64,000 nt of DNA, from positions 82,894,001-82,958,000 of the forward strand of contig NC_043006.1 in NCBI RefSeq assembly GCF_006345805.1, written 5' to 3'. The stretch is from Octopus sinensis (Eukaryota). Shown piece by piece: positions 38,979 to 51,180 of the stretch. The notes beneath the pieces were generated by a model. That model was given only the letters and a program-made list of their open reading frames with translations, was not told the DNA's origin and ran no database searches. A program made the translations under genes and the position numbers. Each line of letters begins with the position of its first letter. Position 1 is the first letter of the stretch.

Positions 38979-39364
38979 ACTAGCAGTATCGCCCGGCGTT
39001 GCTCGGGTTTGTAAGGGAAATAACTATAAAGCATTTTTAGAGAGTTATAGCCAAAAAATAGCAAAAAAATGGAAAAAAAATGATGGTAAATTTTTTTTGA
39101 GAGTTAAAAAAGGTGGAGTTGCGTCCCCTAGACGGTCTGTGGTTTGTGTTTCTGATTCTCGACCCCATGTCGAATTTATCGATTTTTTTCAGAACTGGGG
39201 GAACTTTTCAAAATTTTCGCTGCGTTAGTTTTGAATTATGACATTGGGCTATGTGTGTGTCAAGTTTCATCAGAATCGGTTGAAAGCCGTGGCCAGAGTG
39301 AGGGTACGAGAAAACAGACACACAGAAAACGCACAGACAAACTGCCGTTTATATATAGAGAGAT
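38979..39364 (+). mobile_element. non-autonomous Helitron/Helentron-like element
   Basis: ACTAGCAGTATCGCCCGGCGTTGCTCGGG start with small hairpin, AAGTTTCATCAGAATCGG..ACAGACACACAGA..TTTATATATAGAGAGAT end; same layout as 49491-50519. Class assigned by resemblance. Confidence 0.65.
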
Positions 39365-39981
39365 ATCTTTTGATTCTATTTACCTACTTGTATTGGATGT
39401 TTGATATGTTCAGAGTATGAGCACCCTAATATTTGTAAAGTATGGAAAATTAATAAATGCATCCCATAGCTGTTGCTATATAAGATAACCTAGCTAAAAT
39501 GAGCGGGGTTAAATGCTCCCTGCCCATGAAATGTCTTCATGAGCTATCTGGTCCATTTTGTTGCAGCACAGTTATATATCTATAGATGCACATCTATATA
39601 TATGCTTGTGTTAGACGTTTTAGCGTCGCTGAGGCAACTAAATATAGATTATGAACAACTGTCAAATGGATTAAACATTACACCCTACCGCTACATCTCT
39701 TATTTTGGATATAGCTAATCCAATTTCTCTGTGAATCCCAAAGTCTATAAATACAAACTCTTTCGGCTATATGCTTGTATCGGCTGTTATGTTTTTTGAC
39801 ATTCAATACTATTTGTCACGCTTTAAAGCTGTACACTCACACTCCTATGTTGTGCAAGACATCTTAAAATCAAAATATCTATTCAACGGACCGATGTACT
39901 TCGATGCTCAATATTGCTGAGTGGTCTTAATAACAAATGATGATGATGATGACGACGACGACGTTGATGATGATGATGATG

Positions 39982-40014
<33 letters not shown>

Positions 40015-40040
40015 TAATAATAATAATAATAATAATAATA

Positions 40041-40257
40041 GTTTCAAATTTTGCCACAAAGGCAGCAATTTTGCGGTGGAAGGTACGAGTCGATTATATT
40101 AACCCCAGTGTTCAACTGGTACTTATTTTATCGACCGCGAAAGGATGAAAGGCAAAGCCGACCGCGGAGTCATTTGAACTCAGAACGTGAAGATCGTCGG
40201 AATGTTGCTAAGCATTTTGCCCGGCGGTTTAACGATTCGGTCAGCTCGCTGCCCCTC
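40041..40257 (-). mobile_element. SINE family B
   Basis: GTTTCAAATTTTGCCACAAAGG tail..GGTCAGCTCGCTGCC head; apparently identical copy at 40467. Confidence 0.88.
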
Positions 40258-40294
<37 letters not shown>

Positions 40295-40309
40295 ACTGCT
40301 CTCTCACTC

Positions 40310-40368
<59 letters not shown>

Positions 40369-40408
40369 ACTGCTCTCTCACTCAATAATAATGATGATGA
40401 TGATGATG

Positions 40409-40443
<35 letters not shown>

Positions 40444-40466
40444 TAATAATAATAATAATAATAATA

Positions 40467-40683
40467 GTTTCAAATTTTGCCACAAAGGCAGCAATTTTGC
40501 GGTGGAAGGTACGAGTCGATTATATTAACCCCAGTGTTCAACTGGTACTTATTTTATCGACCGCGAAAGGATGAAAGGCAAAGCCGACCGCGGAGTCATT
40601 TGAACTCAGAACGTGAAGATCGTCGGAATGTTGCTAAGCATTTTGCCCGGCGGTTTAACGATTCGGTCAGCTCGCTGCCCCTC
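40467..40683 (-). mobile_element. SINE family B, tandem duplicate of 40041
   Basis: Same translated ORF text at both positions; 426-bp offset. Confidence 0.88.
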
Positions 40684-40753
40684 ATAATAATAATAATAAT
40701 AATAATATAATAATAATAATGAACTGCTCTCTCACTCAATAATAATAATAATA

Positions 40754-40795
<42 letters not shown>

Positions 40796-40810
40796 ACTGC
40801 TCTCTCACTC

Positions 40811-40875
<65 letters not shown>

Positions 40876-40876
40876 G

Positions 40877-41220
40877 CATAAAAAAGCAGCATAATCATGA
40901 TATATAATGTTGCTCTTAGACAAGTCTTAAAAAATAATGGAAATGACCTAACTACATTAAATAACCTAATCTATTCCACTGTTAATGTTGTAACTGCTCA
41001 ATTAGGTATCAGGACGACACAGAAAAGGACCAAACATGTCAATAGACCTTCTAAGTGGAAAGTGGCAATATAAAAAGAATTTTTGTGGGCAGATGTATTA
41101 GTTGTCGGTGAACTTTCTAGAAGAGTAAATGTTAAGACAAAACAAGCTAGAAAAATCAAGCAGAAATATAAAATCTTTGATTTTATAAACCTCCTTATGG
41201 CACTCTTCTTTTAATTTTGA
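40877..41220 (+). pseudogene. internal fragment of a diverged R4/Dong-like ORF within (AAT)n
   Basis: NDLTTLNNLIYSTVNVVTAQLG..KWK..ELSRRVNVKTKQARKIKQKYKI parallels SDITELNDLVYAVASAATKEAG..KILRKYNI in the 46300-46570 part of the long element. Confidence 0.6.
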
Positions 41221-41221
41221 C

Positions 41222-41301
<80 letters not shown>

Positions 41302-41315
41302 TAATAATAATAACG

Positions 41316-41348
<33 letters not shown>

Positions 41349-41369
41349 TAATAATTAATAATAATAACG

Positions 41370-41429
<60 letters not shown>

Positions 41430-41457
41430 GTAATAATAATAATTAATAATAATAACG

Positions 41458-41510
<53 letters not shown>

Positions 41511-41511
41511 G

Positions 41512-41569
<58 letters not shown>

Positions 41570-41576
41570 TAATCTC

Positions 41577-42236
41577 TTTTATTTGCTACAAGGCGAAGAA
41601 TGAAGGGGTCAATACAAAGATAAACATAAAGTATGGGGATTTACATATAATGAAATGACAGAAAAAGATATAATAAAATGATAGAAATAAATAAATTCAT
41701 TATACACGGTATACATTGAAAGAGAATGGACATATGTATAGTATACAAAGGTTAAAAAAAGTGGCAGTGAAGATGATAGAGATGTGGCCCTCCTGATACA
41801 GGAAGGCCTCTACTGATAATCGAGGAACCCCACAGTCCGAATTCCGAATTTTCCCTGAAACCCCAAGAGCAAGTGCCCTTTTCAATTCCTTCTCTCCGAC
41901 TCATAGTTCTACATTTAAAGATGTACTAACCACTCTTGAAATTTTCGCAACTTTTGCCCACTTTTCAATAAACTCACTTGAGGACAACATTTCCCTCTCC
42001 ACTCTCAATTTCCTTTTCAAGAGAAACTTGAGGAAGTCAATGAAAGCTCTACCAAAGAGGAATGTATCTGTCCCTCATGCCTTTCAGCCTTGACCACCAA
42101 ACAACCGCTTTCACCACAGCCATCAGACAAAGGAAAACTGCCTGGCCTGGCCGATTGAATGAGGGCGGCGGTGCGGTCGTCACTACAGGCTCGGCTGATA
42201 GACGGATCCATCCCACACGTAACAGCTTACCTGCTT
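41577..42236 (-). mobile_element. 3' end of an L1/Tx1-like LINE (ORF2 C-terminus plus 3' UTR)
   Basis: VFLCLMAVVKAVVWWSRL and FIDFLKFLLKRKLRVEREMLSSSEFIEKWAKV in shifted frames; AAATAAAAGAG end at (ATT)n. Clade by resemblance. Confidence 0.6.
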
Positions 42237-42237
42237 A

Positions 42238-42515
42238 CTGATAGACATTTCAGTCCCTTCTGATCAAAATATTGTGAAAAAAGAAGTGGAGAAATTGTCA
42301 AAGTACAAGACCACGAAATTGAAGTATTCAAAATGTGGAGCATGAAAGTAAAAACAATACCAATAATAATTAGAACATTGGGCATGATAAAAAATCATAT
42401 AAATAAAAATGTAGAGGCTATACGTGAATCCTCAACACTAGACACTGTCCAAATAATAGCCCTGCTAGTAACAGCCCATATCCTACGCAAGACATTATCA
42501 ATCCAATAATACAAC
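42238..42515 (+). pseudogene. diverged RLE endonuclease-domain fragment (Dong-like)
   Basis: IDISVPSDQNIVKKEVEKLSKYK..IPIIIRTLGMIK..ALLVTAHILRKTLS parallels 33473-33750. Confidence 0.75.
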
Positions 42516-42951
42516 CTAAACAAAACAACCGACAAATATAAGACACACTCTATACAGCAATTTCCCAGAAAAATGAACTTCTTCCAGCCACACTCACCGC
42601 ACGATACAAGCAATAACAAAACAAAACACTGCACTACATATCGAGAAGTAAAAACAACTAGCACAATACAATATTGGGAAGAGTTTGCAGACTTCTACAC
42701 AGTAGAAAAGAACTCACAACGCTGCACACACCCCAGCGACACGGAGGTGTAGCATCCGATGTAGTAGAAATCTACCTCAATTCAACGAAATGTTGAACAA
42801 TTATATAAGAAATAGTGCTTAAGGGATCTGCTCATATCTTAAGATAGGATATGTGCAGTTCCCGTGAGCACTAGTTTTTAAATTCAGTTTTGGGATTTCC
42901 TGGTACTTGAGATAGGTAGCAATCAGCCCTTTTGCTATTATTATTATTATT

Positions 42952-43505
42952 GAGTGAGAGAGCAGTGCATGCCATGAAAGGGACACTGGGGTAAAATATA
43001 CGAAGCCCAGTATACCCATCATGACAACCCGTCCGATAAGGGTACATCAGGCACATGCATCACAACCGTATGTGCGCGACATGGTGATCTGATATCAAGA
43101 TAAACAGCACATGACCTTGCAGGTGGGGCCCAGTTAGAATTTTCTTCAGGTCGAGTAGCCCATCCTGCTCAAAAGGTCCCTGAATAAGGGTTGTTTAAGG
43201 ATGTTGAAAGAAACACCCATGTTTCCAGAGGTGAAATATCCAAACCCCAAAGAATTCCTCTCAACACATGGCTATGATGCTCCCCCACTACTTCTGCTCG
43301 TGATCAGAGATGCACATATCGTCAGCCACTAAGAGACATGCTCAACTGGTTAAGGTCAAACAACTGACAAGCAAATCTGTGGTATTGAGCAGAATATTTG
43401 CTGTAGCCCATCTTTTATACCAAGACAAAACAATGTACATGATAACACTTCCAATCAGTTAAGATGAGAAGCCATGAGACCCACTGCCTGGTACTGCATC
43501 AGGGC

Positions 43506-43508
<3 letters not shown>
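42952..43508. mobile_element. 557-bp non-coding element embedded in (TTA)n
   Basis: (TTA)n on both sides, no long ORF; terminus GAGTGAGAGAGCAGTGCAT recurs as tags at 40291-40810. Confidence 0.7.
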
Positions 43509-43539
<31 letters not shown>

Positions 43540-43619
43540 GGCAAGAGTGGATTATACCGCTCTAAGTGTAGACCTGTGAGTCAGACAAGGAAATGGTGAA
43601 GGCACTTATTATTATTATT

Positions 43620-46600
43620 CAGTAGTTTTATTTTTATAGCGTGCTTTCACTTCACTATCGAGCGCAGCTCTGTTTGTCTTGGGTATGTGCTGTGATTTGT
43701 TGTGATGCTCTGATGGTTATTGTATGGAAAGTGTTCTGTGCAGGACGTGTGCAGTGCCTATTAGTGCAATTTTCTGTATGTTATATGTGTTTGTAAGTCA
43801 TGGTGTTTTTGTTATGTATTTGTCTGAATATTTTTTTATCATGCCTAATGCACCTACTATGATAGGAATTGTTTCTGTCTTTAGATCCCACATTCTGGTT
43901 ACTTCTATTTCCAGGTCTTTGTATTTTGAAAGTTTCTCCATTTCTTTTAGAGAAACGTTGTCATCTGCCGGTATTGATACATTAATTAGAAAGCATTTTT
44001 TTTCTTCATGATCTCTGACAACTATATCTGGTCTGTTGGCCTTAATTTCTTTATCTGTGTGTATCGGCATATCCCAGAGTATGGTTGCTTTCTCATTTTC
44101 TGTGACCTTTTCTGGTGTGTGCCTATACCATTTTTTTTCTGTTGTTATTCCATAATGTTGGCATAGCTTCCAGTGTATGTAGGTTCCAACTCTGTCATGT
44201 CTGTGAATATATTCCTTCTTAGCCAGAACTGGGCAGCCAGAGATAATATGATTTATTGTTTCTAGTCCATCTCCACATATTCTGCAGTTATTTGTAATAT
44301 TTCTTTTCATTACATGTTTTTGGTAATTTCTGGTGGGGAGGCTTTGGTCTTGTGCTGCAATTAAAAATCCTTCTGTCTCTGCTTTGAGTCCTGAGCTTAT
44401 CAGCCATTGCTGGGATTTTTCTTTGTCTATTTCTTTTGCATTTAGTTTAGTCCAGTATTTACCATGAAGGGGCTTTTCTTACCATCGTTTTATCATGGTT
44501 CTTTGCTGTTCTAGTTTTAGTTTGGATTTCATTTGTTTCATAGCTTTTGTTGTTTCTTCAACTTCTTCTTCTTCATATTAATTAGGTGGTATGATTTCTT
44601 GTTTGTATTTGTCAGCTTCCTTAAATACTGAGAACAGTTTTTTGTTTTGCTCGTGTTTTGCCGCTATTTGTATCAGTTTCCTTCCTTCTGAAGTAGATAT
44701 TTTTGCAGTCCTATGGTGGTTATTTTATAGTAGTTTTCCAGCTGTATAAGACCTCTACCACCTATACGTTGTATATATAGTCTTTCTATGTCAGATTTTG
44801 GGTGATGCATCCTAGATCCTGTCATTATTTTTCTTGTTTTCCTATCTACTTTGGTCAGTTCATTTAGTGTCCAGTTAAGGATATTGTAGCTGTAACTTAT
44901 AACTGGGACAGCTAAAGTGTTAATACCTATTATCTTGTTTTTAGCATTGAGCTCTGTTTTTAGTATTGATCTAACTCGTCTATAATATTCTTTTTTTATT
45001 TTCTCTTTCATTTGTGTGTGTTGTGTCTTATCTAGTTCATGGATTCCTAAGTATTTGTAAGTTTGGCTTTGGTCTAATTCTTTTATTTCATTGGTTTTAT
45101 CTAGTGTGATGTTGCTACTCTTAACTAGTTTTCCTCTTTTCATGGTTACTTTGGCGCATTTTTCTAATCCAAATTTCATATCTATTTCTTTGGTAAATCC
45201 ATGAACTGTCTTTAATAGTGTTTCCAGCTGTTTGTCATTTGCAGCGTATAGTTTTAGGTCATCCATATATAAAAGGTGGCTGATCGTTTTGCCTTTACAT
45301 TTATATTCGCATCCAGTTCTGTTTAGCATATCAGATAGAGGTGACAGTGCCAAGCAGAAAAGGAGTGGAGAGAGCGTGTCTCCCTGGAATATTCCTCTTC
45401 TAATGGGGATAGCTTTGGTTTTCATTAGTCCCTTTTTGTTTGGAGCTGTAGCACTATTTACCATTTATTCATAGAGTGTCCTATGAATTTTATAATAGTT
45501 GGTGCTACTTTGTTAATGGCCAGTGTTTCGAATATCCATGTGTGAGGGATACTATCAAACGCCTTTTTGTAGTCGATCTAGGCCATACTGAGGCCTTTCT
45601 GATTTCTGTCGCTGTCTTCAGTTATGGCTTTATTAATCATTAGTTGATCTTTACAGCCATATGAGCCTTTGCGGCATCCTTTCTGCTCTTCTGGAAACAG
45701 GTTGTTTTCGTCCAGGTGCTTGTTCAACCTTTGCGATATCACTGCAGTAAATGCCTTGTACATTGTAGGGAGACAGGTTATTGATCTGTAGTTTTCTGGT
45801 TTTGCTGTCTCATTTGATTTGGGAATTAAGATGGTTTTCCCCTTCGTGAGCCATTCAGGCATTGTCTCTGGCTCTACTAGTATGTTGTTAAAGTTTTAGC
45901 CAGCTTTTTGTGCATTCCTGTTAGATATTTCAACCAGAAGTTGGGGATCTTGTCATGCCCAGGTGCCTTCCAGTTGCTTAGTCTTTGCAGTGCCTGGGTG
46001 ACCTCTTCAGTTGTTATGGGGATCCAAAGTTGCTCAGATGCTGAGTTTGTTGTTTTAATACTCCTTGTTTTTTTGGTTGTTCGTTCGCCGACCATATTTC
46101 TCTCCAGAATTCTTCCACTTCTTCTGCCATTGGTGCTGCAGTGATTTCTATTTTATTTTTGCCAAGTTCTTGGTAGAACTTTTTGTGGTTGGAGTTGAAC
46201 TTTTTGTTTTGTTCAAAGAAGCGCTGGCGTTTCTCGTACCGGCGGATCCTTTGTGCTTTGGCAAGGATATCTTGCTTTAGCTTTTCTTTTATCTCAGGTA
46301 AATCTTTTTCTGTGATGTTGTATTTGCGGAGTATTTTTGTTTTCTTTTTGTTGCTCGGTAGCGTTGATTTTCTACTGATTTCATTAAGAATCGACAGATC
46401 TTTTCTAATTTTTTGTATTTTGTTTTGGGTGTTATTTATCCATAGGGTTTGTTTGGGTGGTGGTACTCCTGTTTGGATGGGTTTGAGTGAGTAACCAGCT
46501 TCTTTTGTGGCTGCACTGGCTACTGCGTATACTAAGTCATTTAGCTCAGTGATATCGCTTTTTGTTTCAGTGGCTATTAGTTCCGTGACGGCTAGGTTTA

Positions 46601-47520
46601 TGCTGTTTTTAATATTGGTGTTGCTGTTTCGTCTATTTTGATTTTTGGGAGGTATGGTCGGTGGTCCATTTTGAGATTTGTGGTTTTCAGTTCTTTGATT
46701 ATTCTACTTTTTATATTATCATAATCATTAGGCTCCCCTTCGTTGTTTCCAGGTTTTAGATTTGTGTCGCTTTCTTTCTCATTTGTATGTTTGTTTGTCG
46801 TGTTTTGGCTTGCTGTTTGTCGTGTATTATTATGCATCCTTACGGTCTGGGTTTGTTGTTTTTTTTGTTTACATCGTGTTTGTTGGGAATGTTACATTTG
46901 TCTTGGTGTTTTACTGTTTCAATGTTTATATTATTGGGCATTGTTGTGTGGCTTCTATCTACATTTTCCTGATGTATTTTTTCTTTTAGATGTTCTATTT
47001 CTATTTCTGATATATTTTTTGCGTTGAGAATGTATCTTTGTGCGTTAGCTAGTTTATTAGGGTTCATTGCTGTATCCAAGTCTATATTTATGTTATTTTC
47101 CTTCCATATTTTATATGTATGTGTTGTTGTGTTTTCATTTTCTGGGTAGAGCACTGCTGTGAAGTAAGCGTGTAGGGTAGAAATGTATTCCTCACGTGTC
47201 CATTTATGTCTTTTGGGTTTTATTTGCGAGACATGAGGAACAACGTCCAGCCCATTATTTTGACGGTCGTCATTTTCGTAGGGTACCGGTCTGTTCATTG
47301 TTTTATACATGTAGTTTTTCGTACATATTCGGTTGTAAGTTTAAAGTACGTACTTCCAGATTGTTATTCTTGGGTTGAATAATATCGGTGTTATTTAATT
47401 TCTTCGTAGTTTTTTTGTACATGGTGTTTGGGGTCGGGGATGATCTGGTGTTGATAGATCGTAATGTTCCACGCATGTTTACATGTGTTGTGTTAGAGGT
47501 GGAAATGATATCGAGTTAAA
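43620..47520 (-). mobile_element. R4/Dong-clade non-LTR retrotransposon (RT + CCHC + restriction-like endonuclease), near full length, disrupted
   Basis: KRHKWTREEY N-terminus, NWKAPGHDKIPNFWLK, PENYRSITCLPTMYK, RRGIFQGDTLSPLLF, HLLYMDDLKLY, CRICGDGLETINHIISGC, NRPDIVV; several stops/frameshifts; 3' end abuts (TAA)n. Confidence 0.95.
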
Positions 47521-48049
47521 ATACATAATTTCGTTTCGAAAATAGTAATAAACTTCAATGAGTTTTACTTACTCGTATATAGTCCAATTCTTTGTTAGTA
47601 AATTTTTGGCTCCATACGATGTCTTTTTTTTCGATGTTTGTGGATAGATTTCGGAGCACTGTTTTATCGTCCTCACATTTTAAACGTTCCCGGTGTTCTC
47701 AGTGTGATTTGAACTCAAAATGTTAAGAACGAGAACAAAGGCTGTAAGGGATTGTTTTCTGACGCGCTAATGATTCTGCCATCCCGCCGCCTTAGAGACA
47801 TAACGAAAACCTGAAAACTAGCAATTAAGGACCGTAAGGAAACGATTAAGAGCTATAAGCAAAGCTTTGTATCTAGCTCTAAATGCAATTTACTGAACTC
47901 ATATAACTGGAGACACCATTAGTTAATAAGGGGATTCTAAATAGTATCAATAAAATATTAAATTATTGAGCAGCGTCTTAGAATTTCATAACAACTACAA
48001 CATACGACAACCATGTAAATGTACTTGTTAGAAAATAGTCAGAAAAAGC

Positions 48050-48500
48050 TTATCGTTATACAAAAACCTTGAGTAAAAGTATGTGGCCCAAGGACTTTTT
48101 CGACAGAAGAATCTGGTTATGAGATAACGTGGGTGTATCAGATCTTGTACGTTTATGTAACTTAGATGTACTCACTACAATGGGCTTTGACCTTTACAGG
48201 GAAGATGGGTTAAGAAAAACAAAAGCAATTAATGGTGACAGATTAGATACATTAAGAAAGGACATCAACTGTACTTTCAGTACTCTAAAATAACTTTAAG
48301 TACTAACTTTAATTGACTTAAATAGCATTAACTACTAACTTCAATTGACTTAATAGCAGATTATATAAGTTATACAGCAAGCTCAATGTAAAACTCTGTT
48401 ATAATAACTCTGTTATAACAACGAAGCCACTTTTAAGAAGGTCACCAATAAATATTCTTCCAACTACAATAGTGTTTACAAGTTAACAGATCCTCCTTAT
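48050..48500 (+). pseudogene. Penelope-like element reverse transcriptase remnant
   Basis: VSDLVRLCNLDVL..DLYREDGL..INGDRLDTLRKDI and NNEATFKKVT resemble PLE RT motifs (E.CDLVGLYIL, GLYRDDGL, LD.LRK.I); decayed. Confidence 0.62.
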
Positions 48501-48599
48501 TCTCGTCCCCAACAAATGATGCAACAGAATGTCATATATGCTTCACACACACTCTTTCACACAATATTGAATATAATATAGCAAGAGACACTTTAACCT

Positions 48600-49003
48600 T
48601 AATATTCTTTCCTACTATAGGCACATGGCCCAACATGTTTTGGGAGGGGGTCAGTCGATTAGATCGACACCAGTACGTAATTGGTGCTTAATTTATCGAT
48701 CCCGAAAGGATGAAATGCAAAGTCGACCTCGGCGAAATTTGAACTCAGAACGTAAAGACAGACGAAATACCTATTTCTTTACTACCCAAAAGGGGCTAAA
48801 CACAGAGGGGAAAAACAAGGACAGACAAACGGATCAAGTCGATTATATTGACCCCAGTGTGAAACTGGTACTTAATTTATCGACCCCGAAAGAATGAAAG
48901 GCAAAGTCGACCTCGGCGGAATTTGAACTCAGAACGTAACAGCAGACGAAATACCGCAAAGCATTTCGCCCGGCGTGCTAACGATTCTGCCAGCTCGCCG
49001 CCT
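48600..49003 (-). mobile_element. two stacked SINE family B copies
   Basis: GAAAGGATGAAATGCAAAGTCGACCTCGGCG core twice; head CCAGCTCGCCGCC at about 49000. Confidence 0.88.
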
Positions 49004-49381
49004 TCTTCTTACCACACAGATACAGCTGCGCATATGTGTGTATGCATGTATATATGTATGTGTATGTGGGGGTGGGTAGACTCATGGCCAAAGATGTTGG
49101 ACTCTAGAGCATAAGGTCATGAGTTCGATTCCCGTTATTCCCGTCAACCAAATTGAAGATGAATACTAACTGACTGCTCATGCTTCTCACTTGCCTTTCA
49201 GTTGTCACAACGTCGACATACCGCTTGATCAAGAATGTGAGAACTGAATGAGCTCGTATGTGAGGTCGTGACTACACAGTCATCTAAAACAACAGACTGC
49301 CAATCTTACTCGTTTGCTTATGGTGTCTAAACTATCTATCTAACTATTTGTCAGTCTGTATGTCTGTCTGATTGTCATTCC

Positions 49382-49426
<45 letters not shown>

Positions 49427-49490
49427 GTGTGTGTATGTATATATATATGTATATATATATATGTATATATATATATGTATATATATATAT

Positions 49491-50519
49491 ACTAGCATTA
49501 AAGACCCGTCGTTGCCGGGTCATAGTGCTAGTGCATGTATATATGTGTATATATATATGTGTACATATTACATGTGCATCTATATATATATACATCTACA
49601 CATAAAATACAAAATACAAAGTTATATCTTGATATCGCTAGTGATAACAATACTCAAAATATATAACAGACTGGAATTGTTAGCCCGTCTCTTATAATTT
49701 CGATCAATTGTATCTTGTCCTCCCTCTTGTATAGAAGTGTGACTACAATCCAGCCTACCTCTACTTCTGGGGGGGGGGGGGCATTTAAAAATTTTTTTGC
49801 GGTACGACCTACATCCCAGATATAAAGGTAAAAATAAAATATTTCCACTTTGCAAGGTTCGAGTCGAGTACTCCCTTGCACGCTCCGTTGACTCGAACCT
49901 TGCTTCTATTGTGGCGAATTTACCGCCTCTGATTAGATACCTTTCATAGTCGCACAAAGATACTTTTTGAAGGTGCTTTCCTCCATGTGTTCAAATACTT
50001 TTTCTCTACATTGTATACTTTATAGACAATAGTCTTTTCTTTAATTTAATTTTTTATTATCCATCTGGACTATTCCATTTCTACACGCTAATTTTATTTT
50101 TAATTTATTCCCGTTCATGTGAAACCACTTATTCAAGTTCAAATCATTGATGCAATTTTATACCAATTTCTATTTTTACTTTTGCCATGTTACTTTAGTT
50201 TGATTTTAATTATTACTTACTACATATAATTCAATTGTTATTATTATTTTTATTGTTAAAGTGAAAGTATCTGACATAAAATAGAGAAACGTTTTTGTTT
50301 CACTTTTAACACGTAATACTGAAATAGTGGAGAAGATATGATATTGCTATGGGCTCGCCCTAGGCAAGAAGTTGAACATTTTTTTTTGCCCATGAAACTA
50401 CATGGACCCTAAGTAAGACATTTGTAAAAATTTGAATGAAATTGGTTGTGTAGTTCTCAAGTTTTAGGGAAACACACAGACAAACAGACACACATTCTCA
50501 GGTTTATATATATAAAGAT
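49491..50519 (+). mobile_element. 1-kb non-autonomous Helitron/Helentron-like element
   Basis: ACTAGC start with GACCCG-TCGTTGC-CGGGTC hairpin; AAATTTGAATGAAATTGG..ACAGACAAACAGACACAC..TTTATATATATAAAGAT end. Confidence 0.65.
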
Positions 50520-50524
50520 ATATA

Positions 50525-50705
50525 GGGAGAAGTCACAAAAACAAAACAAAGAACGAAGTGAGGTGGTGTAGACGATAAACAGAGGTATTAGTATAACGCT
50601 CGGAAAGTGAAAAAGTCTTTAGCGTTTCGAACCTACGCCCTTCCACAGAAATGACCACAGATAGAAACAAGGAGAGAAAATAAAGAATGTGTAGTGGCTA
50701 GTGAT
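50525..50705 (-). mobile_element. diverged family-2 hammerhead element
   Basis: Minus strand TTT-CTGTGGA-A-GGGC-GTAG-GTTC-GAAAC-GCT-AAAGAC at 50616-50652; flanks match 30340-30520. Confidence 0.6.
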
Positions 50706-50729
50706 CTATCTTACACACTTACACAGATG

Positions 50730-50803
<74 letters not shown>

Positions 50804-50807
50804 CATA

Positions 50808-51180
50808 GGCGCAGGAGTGGTTGTGTGCTAAGTAGCTTGCTTACGAACCACATGGTTCCGGGTTCAGTCCCACTGCGTGGCATCTTGGGCAAGTGTCTTC
50901 TACTATAGCCTCAGGGCGACCAAAGCCTTGTGAGTAGATTTGGTAGACAGACACTGAAAGAAGCCCATCGTATATATGTATATGTATATATATCTGTGTG
51001 TTTGTCCCCCCAGCATCGCTTGACAACCGATGCTGGTGTGTTTACGTCCCCGTAACTTAGCGGTTCGGCAAAAGAGACTGATAGAATAAGTACTGGGCTT
51101 ACAAAGTTCTGGGGTCGTCGCTCGACTACAGGCGGTGCTCCACCATGGCCACAGTCAAATGACAGAAACGAGTAAAAGAG
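50808..51180 (+). mobile_element. SINE family A, full length
   Basis: GGCGCAGGAGTGGTTGTGTG, GGGTTCAGTCCC, tail ..GAAACGAGTAAAAGAG. Confidence 0.92.

Larger units (their letters stand above)
39940..41572. repeat. (AAT)n array interrupted by multiple insertions
   Basis: Direct reading. Confidence 0.95.

Noticed and set aside
40261-40880. Short repeated motif separated by spacers (CRISPR-like look)
   Set aside because: The spacers are pure (AAT)n, the context is eukaryotic and there are no cas genes.
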